A DNA stretch of 64,000 nt from Candidatus Bathyarchaeota archaeon (GCA_963827165.1 CAWGZR010000009.1:64001-128000); one strand, 5' to 3'. Shown: positions 29,537 through 38,865, counted from the first letter of the stretch. Made by a program: numbers and translations. The notes: generated by a model not told the origin, from the sequence alone.

Positions 29537-29911
29537 TCATCCATAGAACTGTTTCGTGTATTCGCGTTGTTCTTTCACTTGTTTGGCTATGCTAGCTTGC
29601 ATGGCAGCAATACCGGATACCATTTCAGCGACGCCTGAACTAAGGTTGTTGGAACCTTCTGCATGCATTTTGATTGCGGCCTTTTGGAAATTGGCGCTGG
29701 TTTTTTGAATGCTTTTTTGCATGTCGCGAACGCCTGAATTAAGGTTGCTGATACCTGATGCAAGCATCTCGTTGGCGGCTTCTTGGAAATTGACGGCGGT
29801 TTGCTTGTAAAGCGTTCTTTTGCCATTTACGCTATTCGGGTTTGGTTTTGTTTCTGTTTTCGTTGGTTCAGCTGTTGTCACTGTTTGTTTTTTCGGTTTT
29901 TGTTTAGACAT
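29537..29911 (-). CDS. gvpC: GvpC-like protein with two 33-aa repeats
   Basis: TAVNFQEAANEMLASGISNLNSGVRDMQKSIQK / TSANFQKAAIKMHAEGSNNLSSGVAEMVSGIAA; position between gvpA and gvpN; ends FYG. Confidence 0.65.
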   Translation of the reverse strand: MSKQKPKKQTVTTAEPTKTETKPNPNSVNGKRTLYKQTAVNFQEAANEMLASGISNLNSGVRDMQKSIQKTSANFQKAAIKMHAEGSNNLSSGVAEMVSGIAAMQASIAKQVKEQREYTKQFYG

Positions 29912-29949
29912 TTATTATTCAACTCAACTTTGTTCGTTTTTTTGCAGAT

Positions 29950-30177
29950 TTAGGAGGCTGGAACAGGAGCGGCTATTGCTGCTTGTTCGACCTTTGTGAT
30001 CTCTTCCGCGTAGTGTAGGAATGTATCTACTGAAGCGACTACCACTCTAGCTTCGATGGTGAGAATTTCAATTCCAACCAGTGAAGCTCTTGCCCAAGCA
30101 TCGACGACTATTCCTTTATCCATTATGCGATCAATTACTTCTGCCAAACTACCTGAATCTGGACTTTGTTGCACCAT
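29950..30177 (-). CDS. gvpA: Major gas vesicle structural protein GvpA (copy 2)
   Basis: [51 protein letters not shown]. Confidence 0.97.
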   Translation of the reverse strand: MVQQSPDSGSLAEVIDRIMDKGIVVDAWARASLVGIEILTIEARVVVASVDTFLHYAEEITKVEQAAIAAPVPAS

Positions 30178-30256
30178 TTTTAATTCACCTCACGATTTTT
30201 CGGTTTTTGTTTAGACATTTATTATTCAACTCAACTTTGTTCGTTTTTTTGCAGAT

Positions 30257-30484
30257 TTAGGAGGCTGGAACAGGAGCGGCTATTGCTGCTTGTTCGACCT
30301 TTGTGATCTCTTCCGCGTAGTGTAGGAATGTATCTACTGAAGCGACTACCACTCTAGCTTCGATGGTGAGAATTTCAATTCCAACCAGTGAAGCTCTTGC
30401 CCAAGCATCGACGACTATTCCTTTATCCATTATGCGATCAATTACTTCTGCCAAACTACCTGAATCTGGACTTTGTTGCACCAT
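30257..30484 (-). CDS. gvpA: Major gas vesicle structural protein GvpA (copy 1)
   Basis: Identical to copy 2; GAGGTGA SD. Confidence 0.97.
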   Translation of the reverse strand: MVQQSPDSGSLAEVIDRIMDKGIVVDAWARASLVGIEILTIEARVVVASVDTFLHYAEEITKVEQAAIAAPVPAS

Positions 30485-30544
30485 TTTTAATTCACCTCTT
30501 TATGCATGCGATTGTTTCTGCATCTCGAGTATGATATATTGTTA

Positions 30545-30585
30545 TTTAAGCAATATTCAGACTGTAAGAACGGGTTTCGTATCGA
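30545..30585 (-). promoter_or_regulatory. gvpA promoter motif TCGATAC-N17-TCTGAATATTgCTTAAA
   Basis: Shared with gvpN upstream region; ends in TATA-like CTTAAATA. Confidence 0.65.
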
Positions 30586-30763
30586 GATTCGATATGTGAC
30601 GTGTTCATTTCTTCAACTATTCCCATTTCGGAGTAAAGCCTAAACTACCTTCATGACAGTTAAACGGTTAAGAACTGGATCAAGATTATATGAAATTGAG
30701 TGCTTTCGGGTTTCCAAAACAATATTACGTCTGTTTGATGATGTAACGAAAGGAAAGGGTTAG

Positions 30764-31351
30764 TTGATGTGGCTGATCTGTCGAATGACTTTCAGAAAAG
30801 GCATAACCAAATTACTGGTCCGAGGCATAGACGGTGCTGGATGGGTTTTTTGCCCGATGATAAAAAGCATAAAGAACGACAAAGTATCTCTACAATGCTG
30901 CAACAAATGTACCCAATTTATTCGTTTCGAACACAACTCCTTTCACCAGATAGCCGCCACTGGAAGACCAAGATTTATTCCGAATCATGTGGGTCGATCT
31001 CATTTCAGCAGGCCTACATCAAAACGAAAATGTTTCCCAATTTCCACAGTGCCGAGGCAGTATCCATCGTCAATTAGTTTTAGAGGAGAAAAGCAGCCAA
31101 TTGTAGACGTCTTTGAAGAGGAAGATAGCGTAATAATTTTAGCGGAATTACCCGGGATTGAAGAGAAAGACATAGACCTGCAAATAGAGGAAAACTTTGT
31201 AACAATTATTGCAGAAAACGCAACTAAGAAATATTTAGAAAAGAGAAAACTTCCAACACGAATCACTGGAGATCCGGTGAAATTCATTTACAGAAACAAT
31301 ATATTGCAAGCAAAACTGAAAAAATCTGTAAAAAATTCGCCAAATGCCTGA
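30764..31351 (+). CDS. Hsp20/alpha-crystallin domain protein with Cys-rich N-terminus
   Basis: PIVDVFEEEDSVIILAELPGIEEKDI...YRNNILQAKL; N-terminal CP..CCNKC; divergent from gvpA. Confidence 0.8.
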   Translation: MMWLICRMTFRKGITKLLVRGIDGAGWVFCPMIKSIKNDKVSLQCCNKCTQFIRFEHNSFHQIAATGRPRFIPNHVGRSHFSRPTSKRKCFPISTVPRQYPSSISFRGEKQPIVDVFEEEDSVIILAELPGIEEKDIDLQIEENFVTIIAENATKKYLEKRKLPTRITGDPVKFIYRNNILQAKLKKSVKNSPNA

Positions 31352-31412
31352 ATCAAAAAAAGCTTGTATCACTACCAATCCAAAGCCGTGATTTTAATAC
31401 TGGTCATGGCCC

Positions 31413-32018
31413 TTAAGTTCTAGCGTCGAATCCAATTGAGATTTTATCTATTGTTTCCATGAGTTTACGCAGACCTGATTCAATATCACCTTTTGACATA
31501 TGCAATATTATTTGTGAAGTCCCCTTTTTCAATCCAGCCACTTGATGGCAGGTTTCACAACTCCATTTTCCTTTTTCAAAGCTCTTGCAAGCCAAAAGTA
31601 TTTCAGCAGCGTTCATCAGTTCGCGTGCTTTTGATGCTTTTTCTGTCAAGTTTTGTGCATGATTTATTTGGTTAGTAAGCTGTTTAATTGCCTGATCCAT
31701 TTTTGTGAAATTCGCACAGCTTGTTAGGTCAGGTTGTTTTTTTACTTTGAAGCCTGATGAATTTATAGCGACTTCGATACCCACAGAGTGGCAGATTTTA
31801 TAGTATTTTCGTGCCGCGCCCAAAGGACTATCTTGGCGAAAGCTTTCGATCAGACCAGCTTGTTCGAGGATGCTTAAGTGTTTGAGAATCGCCGGTTGTG
31901 TAATCTCCAATTCCTTTGCAATTTCAGATATGTAGTGTGGTTCTTGAGAAAGGAGAGTGAGTATTTTTCGCCTCGTTTCGTTTCCGACTATTTGTAGAAA
32001 TTTTCCTGTTGGTTCCAT
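31413..32018 (-). CDS. ArsR-type wHTH regulator, Phr/HSR1 heat-shock repressor-like
   Basis: GNETRRKIL.LL..EPHYISEIAKEL...AILKHL.ILEQAGLI...RKYY; start re-called at MEPTG (GAGGAGG upstream). Confidence 0.8.
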   Translation of the reverse strand: MEPTGKFLQIVGNETRRKILTLLSQEPHYISEIAKELEITQPAILKHLSILEQAGLIESFRQDSPLGAARKYYKICHSVGIEVAINSSGFKVKKQPDLTSCANFTKMDQAIKQLTNQINHAQNLTEKASKARELMNAAEILLACKSFEKGKWSCETCHQVAGLKKGTSQIILHMSKGDIESGLRKLMETIDKISIGFDART

Positions 32019-32050
32019 TTGTCGCCTCCTCACCCATTTAGAGTGAAACA

Positions 32051-32088
32051 AAATGTATATATACATTTAGTTATTAACTAAAGGTTAA
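32051..32088. promoter_or_regulatory. Overlapping palindromes in the divergent regulator/cdc48 promoter, including TTAAC-N5-GTTAA
   Basis: AAATGTATATATACATTT (32051-32068), TTTAGTTA-T-TAACTAAA (32066-32082), TTAAC-TAAAG-GTTAA (32074-32088). Confidence 0.6.
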
Positions 32089-32116
32089 GTAGCTCAAGTT
32101 AAGAAAGTGCAAATTA

Positions 32117-34291
32117 ATGTCGGAAACCCTCCAAAACACAACACTTCGAGTCGCTGAAGCGGCCCTCAGAGACTTCGGCCGAGGAATTGCAAGGATAGAT
32201 CCTGAAACAATGAAGGAAATTCAGGCTCAAACGGGCGACATTATTCAAATAATCGGCAAAAAAAGAACAGCAGCAAAAATCATGCCTTCTTACCCCGAAA
32301 ACCGAGGGAAGAAACTGATTCAAATAGATGGACTTATTCGGAACAACTCCTTCGTTGGAATTGGTGACAACGTATCTGTAGCGAAAATAGAAGCATGCAA
32401 TGCAGAAAAAGTAATACTCGCACCCATTGAGCAAGACCGGTCTTGGCGTGGTGGCGAAAGACCTTTGGATCATATACGTAACCTCTTGGACGGCTTGCCA
32501 TTGGTTGAAGGCGACCAGGTACGACTGACGCTATTGGGATCAAGCGTTTCCTTCATTGTTGCACGAATTAAGCCTAACGGTGTCGCAGCGATATTACACT
32601 CTTCTACTGAAATAGTAATTCGAGAAAAAACAGCAGAAACTGGGAGAAGATTCGGTTCCACCTATGACGATGTTGGAGGACTTTCCGAGCAGATTCAACG
32701 GACCAGGGAAATGATAGAACTCCCTCTTCGTCACCCAGAAGTTTTCGATCGTCTCGGCGTAGAACCTCCTAAAGGCGTATTATTGCATGGTCCGCCAGGA
32801 ACGGGAAAAACACTTATTGCAAAAGCCGTGGCAAATGAGACCTTCGCTACTTTTATCAGCGTTAGCGGCGGAGAAATCCATGGAAAATTCTATGGCGAAT
32901 CTGAAGCCAGATTAAGAGAGATATTCAATGAAGCTTCACAGAACAAACCTTGCATCATATTCATTGATGAGATCGACGCGATAGCGCCAAAAAGAGAAGA
33001 AGTTACCGGCGAAGTAGAAAAAAGGGTAGTTTCCCAATTACTTTCTTTGATGGATGGTTTAGAATCACGTGGACAAGTAGTTGTCATTGGAGCAACAAAT
33101 AGACCAAATGCCATAGATCCTGCCTTGCGAAGGGGGGGAAGATTTGATCGAGAGATTGAGATAGGAATGCCCACAAGAGAGGGGCGCTTCGAAATTCTTC
33201 AGATACATACTCGCGGAATGCCCCTGACTAAAGAAGTGGATCTTATGAATCTGTCCAATTTGACACATGGCTTTACGGGTGCAGATTTAACAGAACTATG
33301 CAAAGAAGCTGCGATGAAAGCTCTACGACGAATTTTGCCGGAGATAGACTTTGAAGCTGAATTCATTGCAACTGAAGTCCTCAATAAACTAGTGGTGAGG
33401 ATGGATGATTTTCAGGATGCTCTAAGATTTGTTGAACCCTCAGCACTAAGAGAAGTTTTGATTGAAACCCCAAATATTTCCTGGGATAGCATCGGGGGTC
33501 TTAACGAGTTAAAACAAGAACTTATCCAAGCTATCGAATGGCCCTTGAAATACCCAGAAATTTTTAAGGAAGCAGGGGCGAAGCCACCTAAGGGAATCAT
33601 TCTTTGTGGACCTCCAGGAACAGGCAAGACCCTTTTGGCCAAGGCTGTAGCTACGGAAAGCGAAGCTAACTTTATTCACGTGAAAGGACCTGCACTCATG
33701 AACAAGTTTGTGGGGGAATCCGAAAAAGGAGTAAGGGAAGTCTTCAGAAAAGCCAAACAAACCGCTCCTTGCATTGTTTTTTTTGATGAGATTGACGCGT
33801 TGGTTCCTAAACGTGGCAGCGGAGTAACTGATGCACATACATCTGAAAGGGTAATAAGCCAATTTCTCACGGAAATGGACGGTTTGGAAGAACTTCATGG
33901 AGTTATGGTTTTGGCAGCCACAAATAGAATCGACATCATAGATCCGGCTTTGTTGAGACCTGGGCGATTCGATCTTCTTCTGCAAGTTCCAGCTCCATGC
34001 GCCGACGCAAGGCTTGAAATCTTCAAAATCCACACTGCAAAGACCCCTCTTGCAAAAAACGTCTTGTTCGAAAAACTTGTTGAAGAAACCGATGGATGCA
34101 CTGGCGCGGAGATAGATTGGGTGTGTCGAGAAGCTACAATGCATGCAATTAGACAATTCCTCAGTGAAAAATCTAATGACTATAATTTAAAAAATAACAA
34201 GATCGAAATAACAATGGGCGACATGCAGGCAGGAATCAAGAAATTAAAAGAGCGAAAGAAAGTAGTAAAATCTTCTGGAGACGCGCTATGA
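32117..34291 (+). CDS. cdc48: CDC48/VCP family AAA+ ATPase
   Basis: N-domain GRGIARID, two AAA modules ([31 protein letters not shown]). Confidence 0.96.
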   Translation: MSETLQNTTLRVAEAALRDFGRGIARIDPETMKEIQAQTGDIIQIIGKKRTAAKIMPSYPENRGKKLIQIDGLIRNNSFVGIGDNVSVAKIEACNAEKVILAPIEQDRSWRGGERPLDHIRNLLDGLPLVEGDQVRLTLLGSSVSFIVARIKPNGVAAILHSSTEIVIREKTAETGRRFGSTYDDVGGLSEQIQRTREMIELPLRHPEVFDRLGVEPPKGVLLHGPPGTGKTLIAKAVANETFATFISVSGGEIHGKFYGESEARLREIFNEASQNKPCIIFIDEIDAIAPKREEVTGEVEKRVVSQLLSLMDGLESRGQVVVIGATNRPNAIDPALRRGGRFDREIEIGMPTREGRFEILQIHTRGMPLTKEVDLMNLSNLTHGFTGADLTELCKEAAMKALRRILPEIDFEAEFIATEVLNKLVVRMDDFQDALRFVEPSALREVLIETPNISWDSIGGLNELKQELIQAIEWPLKYPEIFKEAGAKPPKGIILCGPPGTGKTLLAKAVATESEANFIHVKGPALMNKFVGESEKGVREVFRKAKQTAPCIVFFDEIDALVPKRGSGVTDAHTSERVISQFLTEMDGLEELHGVMVLAATNRIDIIDPALLRPGRFDLLLQVPAPCADARLEIFKIHTAKTPLAKNVLFEKLVEETDGCTGAEIDWVCREATMHAIRQFLSEKSNDYNLKNNKIEITMGDMQAGIKKLKERKKVVKSSGDAL

Positions 34292-35271
34292 AAAAACCAT
34301 TTTCTTTAGAACCCGTGGCAGTAGAATACCAAGGAAAGCGCGCAGAATCCAGCCAAGAACAAATTGTTCTACAGCTCAAAGCAATTCACTCACAAATGAT
34401 AAAATTCTTCAAAATTGATTTTCCATTCTTTGGAGACGTTAAGGTGGTTGAACGAGTAGAATTTCAAAACCAATTAGTCAAGCGTATGGAACATGACCTT
34501 AAAGACAGTAATATTATTAGAAACAACGATAAATGGAGTCAAGTATCCATCGCTATTAGTCGAGACTACTCCGCAGGATTATCGGAACATTTTGCTTTTT
34601 ACGATCCTCAAAACGATATATTGCATTTTAACAAGAAAATGGTGACAGATTATCCCGAAAGAGTAATTTCAGTGTGTGCCCATGAACTTGCAGAGAAGCT
34701 TCTTTCTTTTATTGACCCGTCATCTCAAAAGCGTTCAGTACAGCACGCCGCAAAACTATACTTCGAAACTACGAATAACCCTGACATCAACCAACTTCAG
34801 CAAGTCGTAGATGTGTATTTTGAAACGATTTTTAAAACAATCTTCAAAGAAGGATGCTGCGAAGCAATAGCGATTCAAATCTTACGAAACATGAATTTTA
34901 ACGCAGAAGCTGCACGCTCGGATAAAGAATTGCAGAGTGGCTATCTCAAGTGCGTGGGGCTTTTGTCAATTATAGAGTGCAAAAGAAAGAGAATGATGGC
35001 TGCTGAGCCATTACAAACGGAGCAAAAGCCGGCTGACGTACAAGCAATATTTGGAGAGGTCTTAAAGCACGCTCAGATAATTAAAAGCGTTTCATATTAC
35101 TTGGGTTATCCGCTTGCACGAGAAGTTTTAGAAAAATATGGCCTTTATGGAGTATGCTCTTTAATCCAAAAGGCTATGCAGCCGAAAGCTGAACACTTCG
35201 TAAACCCAGAATCATATATAGCCATTTTGGAAACAACGTTTTCTGACCAAATGGAGAAAAGAAAATTATGA
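34288..35271 (+). CDS. Hypothetical protein with degenerate gluzincin-like motif
   Basis: AFYDP, CAHELAE, downstream KEGCCE, YYLGY; ATGA-coupled to cdc48. Confidence 0.7.
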   Translation: MKKPFSLEPVAVEYQGKRAESSQEQIVLQLKAIHSQMIKFFKIDFPFFGDVKVVERVEFQNQLVKRMEHDLKDSNIIRNNDKWSQVSIAISRDYSAGLSEHFAFYDPQNDILHFNKKMVTDYPERVISVCAHELAEKLLSFIDPSSQKRSVQHAAKLYFETTNNPDINQLQQVVDVYFETIFKTIFKEGCCEAIAIQILRNMNFNAEAARSDKELQSGYLKCVGLLSIIECKRKRMMAAEPLQTEQKPADVQAIFGEVLKHAQIIKSVSYYLGYPLAREVLEKYGLYGVCSLIQKAMQPKAEHFVNPESYIAILETTFSDQMEKRKL

Positions 35272-36011
35272 TAAAGAAAGACAAACTTGGGAAAATTGTA
35301 ATTCAAAAGAAAGGAACACCGTCAAACGTAAAGGAAATTGATGATTTGCAAAAATCTAAGATTGAAACAATTCAAATTCACAAGAAAGAAGAAATTTACC
35401 CAACGAAAGATTTGAGCAAGGCTTTGAGCAATCTTCTCAATTCTAGTTTTGTCACATTGAACGGAGCAGATACGACCACTAGTGAAAAGAACGATGGGCT
35501 ACTTGGTTTGGTAAAGGAGTTGAGCAATTTTGCAGAGAACCCTCAAGTAAATCGGACAACGGAAAAGAAAATTAGTTTTGGGAAAAGTGGGGTAATTGAT
35601 TTTCGTGTAAGTTCGCGTCCGATAAGGACTGGACCGACCACAAAACCCGCAGTTGGACTAATGAATAGAAAACCAATGAAACAATTTTCAGGCACCCACT
35701 CATCATTAACGCCTGAAATGAGAACGATTAAAGAAAAAGAACGCATAGTTGACATCTTTGACGAAGACGATTATCTGCACGTGACGGTTGAGTTACCGAT
35801 GGTGGAGGGAAGCGAAATAAACCTTGACATAGATGATACAACTCTGACAATAACCGCAGGTCCAGTGACCAAACCATACTCCAAAACGGTGAAGCTCCCT
35901 ACTTCTGTCGAAAAAGAAGTAATAGAATCAAGATACAGAAACGGCATATTTGAGGCGAAACTGAGAAAGGCAAAAGAAAACACTTTAGACCGCAGTCCTT
36001 CGAATGGTTAA
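35268..36011 (+). CDS. Hsp20/alpha-crystallin domain protein with long N-terminal extension
   Basis: IVDIFDEDDYLHVTVELP...YSKTVKLP...YRNGIFEAKL. Confidence 0.85.
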   Translation: MIKKDKLGKIVIQKKGTPSNVKEIDDLQKSKIETIQIHKKEEIYPTKDLSKALSNLLNSSFVTLNGADTTTSEKNDGLLGLVKELSNFAENPQVNRTTEKKISFGKSGVIDFRVSSRPIRTGPTTKPAVGLMNRKPMKQFSGTHSSLTPEMRTIKEKERIVDIFDEDDYLHVTVELPMVEGSEINLDIDDTTLTITAGPVTKPYSKTVKLPTSVEKEVIESRYRNGIFEAKLRKAKENTLDRSPSNG

Positions 36012-36069
36012 ACAAACCCACAGCGATTGGAGGTTCAAGATAGTCGTACTATTTACGATAGCAACGGAA

Positions 36070-36432
36070 TCAAAAAGACGCGTTCGCCAAAGAATTTGAG
36101 GCGAGAACAAATTGTGTTTCATTAGTCTTTGCTTCGATTTGGATCTCGTCTAATCTGGGAAATTCCTTGAGTTTTTTGAACTGTTCAAGCACAGTCGCGC
36201 CTAATGGAGTAATTACGTAATATTTTCTCTTTTTCCCGATGATTTTGGTTTCAATCAATCCCTGTTTAATTAAGAAATCAAGATTAACCCTCACCGTGCA
36301 GCAATTGGCGTTCATTTTTTTCATTGCCTGTGCGAGCTTACATGGAACGCTTCTAAATAGAAGCTCTAGAATTTCCAAACACATCTCTACGTTAGTTTTT
36401 CCAATTGTGCCAATTTTCTCTTTTGTTATCAA
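36070..36432 (-). CDS. Small winged-helix DNA-binding protein
   Basis: EILELL...NLDFLIKQGLIE...YVITPLG. Confidence 0.7.
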   Translation of the reverse strand: MITKEKIGTIGKTNVEMCLEILELLFRSVPCKLAQAMKKMNANCCTVRVNLDFLIKQGLIETKIIGKKRKYYVITPLGATVLEQFKKLKEFPRLDEIQIEAKTNETQFVLASNSLANASF

Positions 36433-36509
36433 ATTTGATTCACCGCAAAACCCGTTGAATGGGAAATTGTTGATTTCGGTAATTGTCTGAATGAGAAAGT
36501 TTGCATTGT

Positions 36510-36908
36510 CTACTCCTCTATTATTATGTCTGTGAATATTTGCTGAATTCGTTTCCGGGTTTCAACTGTAGTTTCCATCAGCATACCACCCATATCTGTT
36601 AGCTTATATGTCCGACCGATTTCATTTCCGCTACTTTTGATCAAACCATGACGCTCCAAAGAATAAATCGTGCTATAGACGGTGCCTGGACTAAAAGGAA
36701 TATCAAATTTACGACGCAAGTAGATGAGAATTTCATATCCATTTGCGAGAGGATACTTTTGTAAGTATTTTAGTATAAGTAAGTCAATAAAGTTCTTAAT
36801 GATTTTTTCCTCAAGAGCTGCACTACCTGAAAATCTAGGATTTTTTGTTTTCTTCATCTCAGACGCCATAAAGATCTCAGGCATAACGATCACTCTGTTT
36901 TGACGCAT
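36510..36908 (-). CDS. PadR-family wHTH regulator
   Basis: NGYEIL...FSPGTVYSTIYSLERHGLI...YKLTDMG. Confidence 0.85.
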   Translation of the reverse strand: MRQNRVIVMPEIFMASEMKKTKNPRFSGSAALEEKIIKNFIDLLILKYLQKYPLANGYEILIYLRRKFDIPFSPGTVYSTIYSLERHGLIKSSGNEIGRTYKLTDMGGMLMETTVETRKRIQQIFTDIIIEE

Positions 36909-37275
36909 TTACTGCAAACTCCATATCTTGGCTTTACATTCTTTTTCTAAATCTTTTGCGACAGGAAAAAGACCATCAAACATTCTTAAATGGGACTTAT
37001 CAGATGTTTTCAACATTGCTATTTTTCCTTCCTTTTGGCGCAGCCCCAGTTTTTGATTTAGGCGTCGCAACTTCAAAAACCTGTTAAACAGTTAATAAGC
37101 TTATGAACTCAGGACAAGGCAATCTCACTTATCGATTTTTCTGAAATGATGCCTTATTTGCACGAAATGGGTACTTATTCCCAAGGATTATGATGAAAAT
37201 GGAGTTTTTTCATCATGAGGTAATGATAACTTCGAAGGTCCACTTACTTTTGAGCTAACGTTGAAGTGAAACAAA

Positions 37276-37707
37276 GTGAGTTTACTAAGCCGCATACCCG
37301 TGGATGAAGTCTCAGTTGCAGCTCACGCCGTCTGGTTCGATAAATCAATTGCTGACGAGATAACTTGGGAGACTGTTAGAATCATAAATCAGACTTACAC
37401 CCGAAAATTTTCGTTCTTCAGCGGCAAAAGTTCTAAATGCCTTGTTGGGGGGTTATTCTATCTTCTAGGCTACCGGTATGATGCTATTAAGAAACAGAAT
37501 GAACTTGCGGATGCACTAGGCACTTCTGACGTTTCCATCAGGGTATCTTACCGAAAATGGCTAGAAACATTTCCCGACTTGTTTTTGGACGTTATCGGTA
37601 AATTTGGGACGAATAGCGTTCTCAGAACCTTTGTCTTGCTAGATCTGAAGCAAAGTCTGCTTCGATCTAAAACAAAAAACCTGTGCAAATTGCCCTTTAC
37701 AATCTGA
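37276..37707 (+). CDS. Stand-alone TFB/TFIIB C-terminal cyclin-like repeat protein
   Basis: GKSSKCLVGGLFYL...QNELADALGTSDVSIRVSYRK resembles TFB repeat-2 HTH. Confidence 0.65.
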   Translation: MSLLSRIPVDEVSVAAHAVWFDKSIADEITWETVRIINQTYTRKFSFFSGKSSKCLVGGLFYLLGYRYDAIKKQNELADALGTSDVSIRVSYRKWLETFPDLFLDVIGKFGTNSVLRTFVLLDLKQSLLRSKTKNLCKLPFTI

Positions 37708-37959
37708 GTTATTTTTTGTTTGTCATCCTCATATGAATGACACGAAAGTCCTCAATTTCGCTTCGCGTTATGTATTGTCGAGGATTCCTTTCCCAGTTAG
37801 CTATTTTTATTTCTTCCAGTAAAAAAATTTTGGAAACATTACTTTCGTAACAATCGATGCTTCATTATTATGCATAATAGACTATATTGGACAAATAATT
37901 GTTGTTCTTGTATCATGGGGTAGGTATATGCTGCGGCAGCTCCATTATAAAGCACCAAG

Positions 37960-38301
37960 ATGTTTGATTTGGAAGACTCTGTACATAAAAACTCATTCAA
38001 TCCAGTGAATCAAATAAAAAGAAAATTAATCCCTAAAAAAACAGAGCTGGAAGTCTATATAGATATTCTAAAAATTTTAATCCATAACGGTCCACTTAGG
38101 TTGTCGTATATCAAACACAAAAATGATTTCAGCCCTTCGTGTACCGAAGAAAACTTGGTTTTTCTAGTCAATCTAAATCTTGTTGAGAAAATATTTGAGG
38201 GAGGGCAGACTCTTTTTTCAATTACACGACGTGGCACCCGAGTGTTGACGTTCTTTGGGGAAACTAAGGGCTTGCTTTCAGTTTTGCAGATTAACAAATA
38301 G
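37960..38301 (+). CDS. Small winged-helix DNA-binding protein
   Basis: KTELEVYIDILKIL..NGPLRLSYI...FSITRRG. Confidence 0.7.
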   Translation: MFDLEDSVHKNSFNPVNQIKRKLIPKKTELEVYIDILKILIHNGPLRLSYIKHKNDFSPSCTEENLVFLVNLNLVEKIFEGGQTLFSITRRGTRVLTFFGETKGLLSVLQINK

Positions 38302-38364
38302 TTAAAGTCTATTATGAGTATTATCGAATGTAGATGTATCTTGGGACTAACCTTAGGTAATAGG

Positions 38365-38865
38365 TTAGAACCTATTTTCTTTTATCGGCGTTATCTTCAT
38401 TTCAATTTCTGTTTTGTCGTCAAAAGGTGAGTAGTTCATTTTTTCCCAACTAAAACCTACTGAAACACATATGTGTTCAGCAGCTAAGTCTTCAAGGACA
38501 GCTCTGATGTCCTGGATTATAACACCCTCTGCGCCTTTAGGACAAAAAGCTACAAGAGTCAGATTATGTTCGCCATAAGTCCGCCAAAGAAATCGCACGT
38601 TATGATTTTTTTTAAGCAAATTGATGGCTTCGTTTTGGTTAACTTGTTGGATTCTGATTCCAATTGTCACTGGAGTAATATCCATTTGTTCCAAGTTTAT
38701 GACACAATGAAGAGTATTTTCAATTATTCCCTTTTTTTCAAGCGCAGCTATTCTGCGGTAAATAGTGTTTCGCGTGACTCCACAAGTATTAGCAAGTTCC
38801 TGATATGAGCTTGTGCCTGCGCTCAAATATTGAACTAATCTTCGGTCAAGGTCATCTAAAGCCAT
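38365..38865 (-). CDS. Lrp/AsnC family transcriptional regulator
   Basis: LDDLDRRLV...SYQELA...TIYRRIAALEKKGII; YGEHNL. Confidence 0.88.
   Translation of the reverse strand: MALDDLDRRLVQYLSAGTSSYQELANTCGVTRNTIYRRIAALEKKGIIENTLHCVINLEQMDITPVTIGIRIQQVNQNEAINLLKKNHNVRFLWRTYGEHNLTLVAFCPKGAEGVIIQDIRAVLEDLAAEHICVSVGFSWEKMNYSPFDDKTEIEMKITPIKENRF

Larger units (their letters stand above)
29889..30498. repeat. Perfect 303-bp tandem direct repeat (29889-30191 and 30196-30498) containing gvpA
   Basis: No mismatch found on reading both copies; 4-bp ACGA junction. Confidence 0.92.

Noticed and set aside
38347-38368. CTAACCT-N8-AGGTTAG inverted repeat resembling an HSR1 site
   Set aside because: It lies between convergent gene ends, not in a promoter, and the spacing differs; at most a terminator hairpin
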